Assembly: GCA_049414405.1 (NCBI GenBank)
Contig: JBMSAQ010000006.1
Location: forward strand, 6,458 to 38,457
Source of the DNA: Candidatus Nanopusillus sp.
GTDB taxonomy: Archaea; Nanobdellota; Nanobdellia; Nanobdellales; Nanobdellaceae
Direction of reading: 5' to 3'
DNA: 32,000 nt
In this document: positions 24,784 to 31,998 of the stretch, one piece after another
Position numbering within the stretch: position 1 is the stretch's first letter
Layout: the number at the start of each line of letters is the position of its first letter
Made by a program: the position numbers and the translations under genes
Notes under the pieces: model-generated
Database searches by the model: none
The model's input: the letters and a program-made list of their open reading frames with translations, nothing else
What the model was told of the DNA's origin: nothing

Positions 24784-25440
24784 ATTTTTTATTAGAATAT
24801 CAATTGTTATTCCATTTATATTATTATTTATTATATCATCGATCAATCTAGGGCATGCAGAAAAAATCCAAAAGTCTATATATGGAAAATTTAATAATTG
24901 TAAAATATCTATTATATCGCCAATAAACAAGTATACATTTTTTCCAGCTTTTTCTAATTTATCTTTAACCTTTAATGCTTCTAAATAATAATATTGTCCG
25001 GGCTTTATAGATAATATTATTCCAATATTATTTGAATTTTTTAATTTGTTTAATAAAAATTCTAAAATTCTATTGAAGTTATAATCTGGTTCATAAATAT
25101 TTATTTCCCCGTATATAGGGTCATAGACAATTACTTTTTTCTTTAACTTTCTTGTAATATTTTCTGCATGAAATTTTCCATTTCCAATTAATAATATTGT
25201 ATCAACCTCTTTTATATTTGCCGGTTCTGAATAACATCCTAGAACATTTATCCCATACAGTCCTTCATTTAATATTATTTCATAATCTTTTTTTAGTATT
25301 TCGTATATTCTTTTAGTATATTCGTAATATTGTATTAAAGATATTAAAGCAAATTTTTTTGGTAAGTATTTTTTTAATTCATCTAAATTTTTAATTTCTT
25401 TTAATTTATATTTTGTTGGTATGTATATTATATCCATCAA
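24760..25440 (-). CDS. dph2: Diphthamide synthesis radical-SAM enzyme Dph2, unusually short (two of the usual three domains)
   Basis: 226 aa. NVLGC...LLIGNGKFHAENI...VIVYDP matches Dph2 domain 2 (GQVLGC...IGSGIFHPLG...DP). IGIILSIKPGQ...IFSACPRLIDD matches domain 3 (VIVSIKKGQ...VVACPRVPLDD). The whole protein contains only two Cys. Confidence 0.7.
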   Translation of the reverse strand: MMDIIYIPTKYKLKEIKNLDELKKYLPKKFALISLIQYYEYTKRIYEILKKDYEIILNEGLYGINVLGCYSEPANIKEVDTILLIGNGKFHAENITRKLKKKVIVYDPIYGEINIYEPDYNFNRILEFLLNKLKNSNNIGIILSIKPGQYYYLEALKVKDKLEKAGKNVYLFIGDIIDILQLLNFPYIDFWIFSACPRLIDDIINNNINGITIDILIKNLDKIIDI

Positions 25441-25474
25441 AATTTATAATTTAAAAAATGAATAAAAATCTATA

Positions 25475-26620
25475 ATGATGGATGTTATAAATGCAAAAAG
25501 GCTTGCAGAAAAGTACAAGAAATTATATGGGAAATCTATTATATTAAAAAAGGATATAAATGGGTATACTCCCCCATCAAATTTAATCAGTTCGATCAAT
25601 TATCCAAAATTATCTTTGGGGGTATTGACATCTTATAATGAAGATATAGAATTATATGATAATCCAATATATTGGGCAAAAAACAATATAGATATTGAAG
25701 AAATTATAAAGAGTAGGATAAATTTAATAAATGCAAGCAAAATTGTGAATGCAAATTTACCCAAAAAAAATGATAGATTGTATAATGAGATCTTAGATTC
25801 TATGTTATCAGTTAAATCTATAAATATAGAAATACGTTTAAATAAAATAAGTAAGAATATAAAAATTTCAAAAATAATAGGTTTATATGGATATTCTGGA
25901 ATAATAGATAAAATAAAGATAAATGAAAATCCAAGAATACCAAATGAAATATATAAAGTGGATGAACTGAAGGCAGAAGATTCTATATATTATCTATATA
26001 AATCTGGAATGTCTGATTATTATTTATCAAGATTATTTTCAATAGGTTTTTTTGGATATAAGATAAATAGAAAGCTAGTTCCAAGTAGATGGGCAATAAC
26101 TTCAGTTCATGAAATTTTAGAGAAAAAAATAAAGAAAGAAATAAAAGAGTATTCTAAAATTAATGATAAATATTATTTATTTTATTATTCTCTATATGGA
26201 AATGATTTTTATGGGATATTTTTTTCAGGTAATGGAAATTGTGAATTAATTGAAGCATTAATACCAGGTTCCATATATAATTTACATTCTAAATATAGTA
26301 TAATTGGCAGAGATGATGAATCTGGAGGTTATAATGCCTTAAAATTATCTTTTGCAGAATTTATGAGAAATTATAAAATGATTGGAGATTTAGTTGTATT
26401 TAGATTTGTAACGAAAGAATATAAAGTTCCCTTGGGCGTTTGGGTTGTTAGGGAAGGAACTAAGTATATGTTAAACAATTTAATAGAAAAATTTAATGAT
26501 TATAATGAACTAATTAGATATCTAAATAATAAATTTATGAATAAATACAATATTTCAGTATATAAACTAAGAAAGTATAGTAATTTATTAAATCAGAAAT
26601 CAATTTTTAATTTTATTTAA
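25475..26620 (+). CDS. Nre-family (DUF650/DUF651-like) putative DNA-repair protein with a C-terminal PIP-like box
   Basis: 381 aa. The blocks GYTPPSNLISSINYPKLSLGVL, YDNPIYWAK, VPSRWAITSV and KVPLGVWVVREGTKYML resemble conserved Nre blocks as I remember them. The C-terminus QKSIFNFI fits the archaeal PIP pattern Qxx[ILM]xxF[FLI]. Confidence 0.5.
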   Translation: MMDVINAKRLAEKYKKLYGKSIILKKDINGYTPPSNLISSINYPKLSLGVLTSYNEDIELYDNPIYWAKNNIDIEEIIKSRINLINASKIVNANLPKKNDRLYNEILDSMLSVKSINIEIRLNKISKNIKISKIIGLYGYSGIIDKIKINENPRIPNEIYKVDELKAEDSIYYLYKSGMSDYYLSRLFSIGFFGYKINRKLVPSRWAITSVHEILEKKIKKEIKEYSKINDKYYLFYYSLYGNDFYGIFFSGNGNCELIEALIPGSIYNLHSKYSIIGRDDESGGYNALKLSFAEFMRNYKMIGDLVVFRFVTKEYKVPLGVWVVREGTKYMLNNLIEKFNDYNELIRYLNNKFMNKYNISVYKLRKYSNLLNQKSIFNFI

Positions 26621-27073
26621 ATAATATTTCGTTATTTTATCTCCATAATAATGTATGTTTTCAATTATCTTTCCTTTTTCCATTTTAATAGCATCATTAC
26701 TATCATATAATGCCCTTCCAATTGCTAATAATTTATCATCTTCAGATATTATGAGTATTATTTCATCTTTTTTAAAATCTGAAAATTCAATTATTCCCGG
26801 TCTAAACACATCAGCACCATTTAATACTTTTTCTTTTGCTCCGATATTTATCTTAACGTAATTCATATTTGTTTCACAATCATTTATTAGAAATAATGTC
26901 GGGTATGTTTTTTCATCTTTTATAAATGCTACTGGGATATTATTATATATATAAATATTATTTTCTTCGTCTAAAGAAATGTTTTTATCTTTTAATTTTT
27001 CGCATTCTATTTTATAATCATTTTTTAATATTTCAATTAATTTTTTTCTTGATTTTTTATCTAAACTTTTCAT
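26600..27073 (-). CDS. PUA-domain RNA-binding protein (MCT-1/Tma20-like, COG2016-type)
   Basis: 157 aa. The core YPTLFLINDC...VKINIGAKEKVLNGADVFRPGIIEFSDFKKDEIILIISEDDKLLAIGRALYDS...GKIIENIHYYGDKI is a PUA core with a pre-PUA N-domain. Confidence 0.6.
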   Translation of the reverse strand: MKSLDKKSRKKLIEILKNDYKIECEKLKDKNISLDEENNIYIYNNIPVAFIKDEKTYPTLFLINDCETNMNYVKINIGAKEKVLNGADVFRPGIIEFSDFKKDEIILIISEDDKLLAIGRALYDSNDAIKMEKGKIIENIHYYGDKITKYYLNKIKN

Positions 27074-27109
27074 AGAAATATATATAAATATTTAATTTAA
27101 AAATTATTA

Positions 27110-27367
27110 ATGGCTAGCTTTGACTACAAAGTGCCAAATTTGTTAGAAATAATATTGTTGGTAGGATTTTTCATTAATATGATATTGGGATATCTCTTAT
27201 TATTTAAGAGTATAGAATTACCTTTTGTACTGCAAGGTTCAGCTGCCATGGTTATAGCAGCTTTATTTACATGGTTATCGGTATTATGGCTGTCTGTAAT
27301 TGCAATATTGTTAGAATATACTAGAAAAGATATAATGGAATTAAAGAAAAAGCTTGAAAAAAAATAA
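27110..27367 (+). CDS. Hypothetical small membrane protein (2 TM helices)
   Basis: 85 aa. Two hydrophobic helices are followed by a basic C-terminal tail (KDIMELKKKLEKK). No family recognised. Confidence 0.4.
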   Translation: MASFDYKVPNLLEIILLVGFFINMILGYLLLFKSIELPFVLQGSAAMVIAALFTWLSVLWLSVIAILLEYTRKDIMELKKKLEKK

Positions 27368-27370
27368 TAA

Positions 27371-28219
27371 TTATATTTTTAATTTTAGTTCAACAATATC
27401 TTTATCTTCTAATTTATAATTTAATCCAGCCCTTATAATTTTATTATCTCTAATTATTTTTGCATATCTAAATTTGTCTATCCATTTTTTGTTTATCTTT
27501 TCAATGAAATCTTTTATAGTGGAATCTTTATTTAATATTACACAATGATCTGAATCTATAGGCTTTACCCTTATTAAATTTAAATCCTTAATTATATCTT
27601 CTAATATTTCTTTTAAATTTATATCTTTAAAATCATCAAATTTATTATATATTATTTTATATTTGTTATTTAGAATTGTATTGAATTCAATTATCTCTTC
27701 AGAAAATTTATTTATTTTTTCTAATTGCTCTTTTATACTCCTTTTTTCGTCTAATATTAATATATAATAATCTGATAGAGATAAAATTGATCTAAATTTT
27801 CTTTCAAATGTAGATGGAATTTCAACAAATTGGTAATATACACAATTATAAAATATGGTGCCAATTGCTGGATTTGTTGTAGAAAAAGGAATTTCGTTCA
27901 CTTCAACATTTGCATTTGTGAATTTCCTTAAAAAATAACTTTTTCCAGAATTTTCTATTCCTAATATACTTATTAAAATATCACCAGATTTCTCTATTAA
28001 TTTTATACCTTTTCCTGTTTTTTTGTATTTACTTTCTTCAATTATTTTTTCATATTCAGATATTTTTTTATTTATCCATGCAATTAAATGTTCAGATCCT
28101 TTATGTTTTGGAGCAGTTCTTAGCATTTCGTATAAATATTTTAATTTTTCTTCAGGAGTTCTGGCATTTTCATATTTTTCTTTAGCAGCATAAAATTCCG
28201 GACCTGCATTTGTTACCAT
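27371..28219 (-). CDS. DRG/Obg-related GTP-binding protein with a C-terminal TGS-like domain and a non-canonical G3 motif
   Basis: 282 aa. Motifs seen: G1 GIENSGKS, G2 PFSTT, G4 NKFD, and a TGS-like end (FRYAKIIRDNKIIRAGLNYKLEDKDIVELKL). The G3 position reads VEIPS instead of DxxG. Confidence 0.55.
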   Translation of the reverse strand: MVTNAGPEFYAAKEKYENARTPEEKLKYLYEMLRTAPKHKGSEHLIAWINKKISEYEKIIEESKYKKTGKGIKLIEKSGDILISILGIENSGKSYFLRKFTNANVEVNEIPFSTTNPAIGTIFYNCVYYQFVEIPSTFERKFRSILSLSDYYILILDEKRSIKEQLEKINKFSEEIIEFNTILNNKYKIIYNKFDDFKDINLKEILEDIIKDLNLIRVKPIDSDHCVILNKDSTIKDFIEKINKKWIDKFRYAKIIRDNKIIRAGLNYKLEDKDIVELKLKI

Positions 28220-28620
28220 ATTATATGTAATTTCTTATTTGAATAAAAAATTACTGGTATACGTAATTTCTTTAATATTATCCTCAGATTTCTATCTAGA
28301 GTACATACAATAAATTTGTCAGATAAAGCAGTCTTTATTATAAGTCTATCTGTCTTTTCATAATTTTCTTTTGTTTCTATAATATTTATATTATTCTTTT
28401 TTATGTATCCTAATACCAAACCATATATTTTTTTCCATTTCTCGGATTTAGAACTATTCATTTTATTTTCAATTTCAATTATATTTTTTCTTAATGTATA
28501 AAATCCCTCATATTCAATATTATTTCTACTTAAAAAATCTTTTAATTCATTTATTATGTCAAAATTATCATAAAATGGGATAAAAAATATATTTGTATCT
28601 ATTAATATCTTATACTTCAT
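28213..28620 (-). CDS. PIN-domain protein (Fcf1/Utp24-like, COG1412-type putative RNase)
   Basis: 135 aa. It has the acidic PIN residues in ILIDTNIFF and VCTLDRNL. It is sandwiched between aIF2-gamma and the DRG-like gene, with 4-nt and 7-nt overlaps. Confidence 0.6.
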   Translation of the reverse strand: MKYKILIDTNIFFIPFYDNFDIINELKDFLSRNNIEYEGFYTLRKNIIEIENKMNSSKSEKWKKIYGLVLGYIKKNNINIIETKENYEKTDRLIIKTALSDKFIVCTLDRNLRIILKKLRIPVIFYSNKKLHIIW

Positions 28621-29816
28621 AATAATTTACCAATTGCAAATATTTTCCATCTCTTGTTAATATTTTTTAATATTATTACTTTATCATCTTTATATCCTAA
28701 AATAGGTTTATTTAATTTTATAGTAAGTATGTTTTCTTTTTCTATGTTTTTTACAATTCCATCAGAAATTATATTATATACTCCTACTATTATTGTTTCT
28801 CCCTTTTGAATTTTTTCATTTTCATTAAATAATTCTTTTATTACTTCATATTTTACCTTTATTTCATCATATTGTGGGGGTAATTTATTTACATATCCGG
28901 CAATTTGACCCGCCAATGTATCATCCTTTGTAACTGAAGGATCTAAAGTTGTTCCGATTCCAGCAGTTCCTCTTGGTAAAATTTCTTCTACACCATAATT
29001 ACCTTGTTTTAATGAGACTATTTTTGTCTTTATAGGAATCCATTTATTATTTATAAATAATCCGGGTCTTATTTCTATTTCATCATTTAATTTTAATGTA
29101 CCCTTTAGTAAACTTCCTCCTAAAACTCCTCCAACTAATTTTTCTATATCTGTACCCGGTTTATTTACGTCAAAAGATCTAGATATTAAAAATATTGGGT
29201 CTGAATTTTCATCTTTTTCTAGTTTTGGCAAATTAACTAATTCTTCTAATAGGTAATTTATGTTTACATTATTTATTGCAGATATCGGAATTATTTTTAC
29301 TTTATTTTTATTAATATTTAGTTTATCCAGCAAATTTAATATTTCTCGATAATTTTTCATTGCCTCTTCTTTCGTTACAAGATCAATTTTATTCTGTACA
29401 ATTATTAATGGTTTATTTCCTAAATATTTAAATGCTACCAAATGTTCTAATGTTTGTGGTTGGGGAACTGGTTCATTTGCGGCAACAACTAATATAGCAG
29501 CATCCACAATTGCGGCGCCCGTTAACATTACCATTAATAAACTCTCATGACCTGGAGCATCTACGATAGATATCTTTCTAATAGGTTTATTTTCCTTATT
29601 ACACATTGGACATATTTTTTCTGTAAAATATCCATGTTCATTGCATTTATATATAGTAAAATCCGCATATCCCAACTTTATTGTTAATCCTCTTTTTATT
29701 TCTTCAGAATGTTTTGATAACCATTTACCTGTCAAAGATTTTGCTAATGTTGTTTTTCCGTGATCTACATGTCCTAATATTATTACTGATAAATCAGGAT
29801 ATATTATATCATCCAT
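28617..29816 (-). CDS. eif2g: Translation initiation factor aIF2 gamma subunit
   Basis: 399 aa. Motifs seen: G1 GHVDHGKTTL, G3 DAPGHE, G4 NKIDL, a zinc-knuckle insertion KCNEHG...CPMC, and domain II/III blocks. Confidence 0.95.
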   Translation of the reverse strand: MDDIIYPDLSVIILGHVDHGKTTLAKSLTGKWLSKHSEEIKRGLTIKLGYADFTIYKCNEHGYFTEKICPMCNKENKPIRKISIVDAPGHESLLMVMLTGAAIVDAAILVVAANEPVPQPQTLEHLVAFKYLGNKPLIIVQNKIDLVTKEEAMKNYREILNLLDKLNINKNKVKIIPISAINNVNINYLLEELVNLPKLEKDENSDPIFLISRSFDVNKPGTDIEKLVGGVLGGSLLKGTLKLNDEIEIRPGLFINNKWIPIKTKIVSLKQGNYGVEEILPRGTAGIGTTLDPSVTKDDTLAGQIAGYVNKLPPQYDEIKVKYEVIKELFNENEKIQKGETIIVGVYNIISDGIVKNIEKENILTIKLNKPILGYKDDKVIILKNINKRWKIFAIGKLL

Positions 29817-29852
29817 TCACTTATTTTTAATAAAAAAGTTAAAAAATGATTT

Positions 29853-31274
29853 TTATATAAATCTATATATTGTTTTATTTCCTCGATCTAATAAATCTAT
29901 ACCAACTTTTCTAAGTTCTTCCCTTATTTTATCAGATAATTCATAATTTTTATTTTTTCTTAATTCGTTTCTAATATCTATTATTATATTTAACAAGATA
30001 TTTATTAGATTTTCTTTACTTTCTTTTCTATAAAATATATCTTTCCATAATCCATAGATTTTTGAAGCAATATTGTAGAAATTATATGAAGTAAAGTATA
30101 ATGTAAATGTTTCAGATCCTATAACATTTTTATTTATATAATTTGTTACTTCTAATAATATTTTAGTAGCTTCTCTTGTGTTAAAATCATCTCTTATACT
30201 GTTTAAAAACTCCTTTTCATAATTTAATAACTCTTTCCATATTTTTATTTTATTATCATCTAAATAAAATGTCTTGTCTAAACTATTAATTTCATTTACT
30301 ATTGTTTTAATTGTTGAACTTATATATCTATAATTCTCTTTTGCCTGATTTATACTTTCTTCGTTTATATCAATTGGTTCTCTATAATGATAAGATCCAA
30401 TATAAAATCTAGTAATATCTTCTCCATATTTATCTAAAAATTCTTTTGCAGGTATTATATTTCCCAAACTTTTACTCATTTTTTCTCCTTTAATTTTTAT
30501 AAATCCAAAATGTAACCAATATTTTACCCATGGGTGTGTATTAAACCGAGCTTCTGATTGTGCAATTTCATTTTCATGATGTGGAAATATTAAATCCTGA
30601 CCCCCGGAGTGTATATCAAATTGTGGTCCTAGATATTTTGATGACATTGTAGAACATTCAATATGCCAACCAGGTCTTCCTTCCCCTATTTCTGTATTCC
30701 AATATGGTTCGCCTTCTTTTTTAAATTTCCATAATGCAAAGTCGTATGGATGTTTCTTATCTTCTAAAAATTCTGTTTCTTGTTCCCATTGTTCCTTTTT
30801 TGTTCCGGATAACTGTCCATAATATGGATATTTATCTATATCATAATATATACTATATTTTCCTTTGTATGCATAGCCTTTATTTATTAAATTTTTTATA
30901 AAATCTACGATATCGATAATATGTGTTGTAACTTTGGGATTTATATAAAATGGCAAATTATTTAATCTTTTTACTTGTTCTAAATGATATCTTATATATT
31001 CTTCAGGTATTTTTTGCCAATCATTTAATAAATTTAATTCTCTTGCCCTTTTTATTATTTTATCATCTATATCTGTGAAATTGCTAATTGCTATATCTAT
31101 ATATCCAAAATATCTAAATATTCTTCTTATTATATCTAAAGAAATTTCTGACCTTAAATGGCCTATATGTGATGTATCATATGGTGTTATTCCACAATGA
31201 TATATTTTTACAAAAGGATATTCTATTGGCTCAAATATTTCTTTTTTCTTTGTTAATGTATTATATATATAAAT
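29853..31274 (-). CDS. cysS: Cysteinyl-tRNA synthetase (5' end uncertain: no canonical start codon in frame)
   Basis: The track ORF (from the TTG at 30956) contains KMSKS (GEKMSKSLGN). The same frame continues upstream without a stop and encodes IYIYNTLTKKKEIFEP...YHCGITPYDTSHIGHLRSE (HIGH motif). The end at 31274 assumes initiation at ATT, giving 473 aa. See the finding on the alternative ATG at 31293. Confidence 0.9.
   Translation of the reverse strand: MYIYNTLTKKKEIFEPIEYPFVKIYHCGITPYDTSHIGHLRSEISLDIIRRIFRYFGYIDIAISNFTDIDDKIIKRARELNLLNDWQKIPEEYIRYHLEQVKRLNNLPFYINPKVTTHIIDIVDFIKNLINKGYAYKGKYSIYYDIDKYPYYGQLSGTKKEQWEQETEFLEDKKHPYDFALWKFKKEGEPYWNTEIGEGRPGWHIECSTMSSKYLGPQFDIHSGGQDLIFPHHENEIAQSEARFNTHPWVKYWLHFGFIKIKGEKMSKSLGNIIPAKEFLDKYGEDITRFYIGSYHYREPIDINEESINQAKENYRYISSTIKTIVNEINSLDKTFYLDDNKIKIWKELLNYEKEFLNSIRDDFNTREATKILLEVTNYINKNVIGSETFTLYFTSYNFYNIASKIYGLWKDIFYRKESKENLINILLNIIIDIRNELRKNKNYELSDKIREELRKVGIDLLDRGNKTIYRFI
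31262..31271. repeat. (TA)5 dinucleotide run at the junction of the upstream ATG frame and the cysS frame
   Basis: Read directly (tatatatata). One extra TA unit would fuse the ATG at 31293 in frame with cysS. Confidence 0.8.
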
Positions 31275-31312
31275 TACACCGATTGTCGCTCATTTCAAAT
31301 ACTTATAAGAAA

Positions 31313-31320
31313 TATTTAAA
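31313..31320 (-). promoter_or_regulatory. TATA-like box upstream of cysS
   Basis: The minus-strand TTTAAATA (31320-31313) lies 27 nt upstream of the ATG at 31293 and 46 nt upstream of the in-frame ATT at 31274. Confidence 0.45.
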
Positions 31321-31344
31321 AAATATTTTGAGACATTATAATAA

Positions 31345-31842
31345 ATGAATAATCTATTAAAAGATATGATAAAAAGCAAGGTTGGAATTATGTTAATTAT
31401 AATATTTTTTGTGATTGGATATTTCTATATTAAATCAATATTTTTGGGTTTATTACTGGCTCCTATTCATATAAAAATACTTGCATATTTATATATAGTT
31501 TTATTTTCTTTAAATTTTGCTTTAATATTTTTCATGATAATTAATTATAGGAAATTTTACAAGGGAAGTATTACATCATTCATTTCTGCAATATTTGGTT
31601 TTGCTGGACTCCAAGCATGTTTGGTTGGATGTGGTACAGGTTCTTTTGCGATTTTAGTTGGAACGCTTGCACCAATATTTGGATTGAGCATACATAAGTT
31701 TGGAGAAATTTTATTAATTATTAGTAATATTTTATTTATATTTAATTTAATATTTTTGTTGGGGTTAAATAAAAGAAAAGATATTAAAAAATTGAAAATT
31801 CCCGAAAATATTAAAGAAAATTCAAATTGTTGTTGTTGTTGA
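31345..31842 (+). CDS. Hypothetical 4-TM membrane protein with an intramembrane CxxxC and a C-terminal CCCC tail
   Basis: 165 aa. It has hydrophobic helices, GLQACLVGCGTG inside helix 3, and a cytoplasm-like basic tail ending NSNCCCC. Confidence 0.5.
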   Translation: MNNLLKDMIKSKVGIMLIIIFFVIGYFYIKSIFLGLLLAPIHIKILAYLYIVLFSLNFALIFFMIINYRKFYKGSITSFISAIFGFAGLQACLVGCGTGSFAILVGTLAPIFGLSIHKFGEILLIISNILFIFNLIFLLGLNKRKDIKKLKIPENIKENSNCCCC

Positions 31843-31914
31843 TAATACTATTACTAATAAATTTCCTAAAATTGATTATTTTAAAATTTTAGAAGAAGAT
31901 ATAAGATAAAATAC

Positions 31915-31998
31915 GCGGCGGTGCCCGAGAGGCCAAAGGGGGTCGGTTGAGGTCCGATTGGATAAGATCCGTCAGGGGTTCAAATCCCCTCCGCCGCA
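31915..31998 (+). tRNA. tRNA-Leu (anticodon GAG), class II with long variable arm; no encoded CCA, no intron
   Basis: Hand-folded. The acceptor stem is GCGGCGG/CCGCCGC with discriminator A. The D stem is CCC/GGG. The anticodon stem is GTCGG/CCGAT with loop TTGAGGT (U33, GAG, G37). The variable arm is GGAT-aag-ATCC. The T arm is AGGGG-TTCAAAT-CCCCT. By my count 54 of 84 nt are G+C. Confidence 0.9.

Noticed and set aside
1095-26861. Fifteen track ORFs of 60-150 aa lie antisense inside well-supported genes: 1095..1385, 5507..5800, 8676..8915, 9612..9824, 10510..10692, 11111..11305, 12177..12362, 13108..13359, 13602..13823, 16413..16625, 17857..18084, 21361..21744, 21868..22320, 22353..22544 and 26655..26861.
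   Set aside because: Each lies entirely or mostly within a gene that has clear family motifs on the opposite strand (or in another frame of the same locus). Their translations are low-complexity L/I/F/S-rich strings with no motifs. They are the usual shadow ORFs.
26600-27073. The PUA protein as the detached C-terminal part of a split archaeosine tRNA-guanine transglycosylase (as in N. equitans).
   Set aside because: The N-terminal ~70 aa plus PUA layout and the motifs (PTLFL, GAKEKVLNGADVFRPG, HYYGDKI) fit the stand-alone MCT-1/Tma20-like family better. I cannot exclude the ArcTGT option without a profile search.
29853-30956. Track annotation of cysS as a 367-aa ORF starting at the TTG at 30956.
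   Set aside because: The frame continues 318 nt further upstream without a stop and encodes the YNTLT and HIGH motifs that a class I synthetase cannot lack. The TTG is an internal Leu codon.
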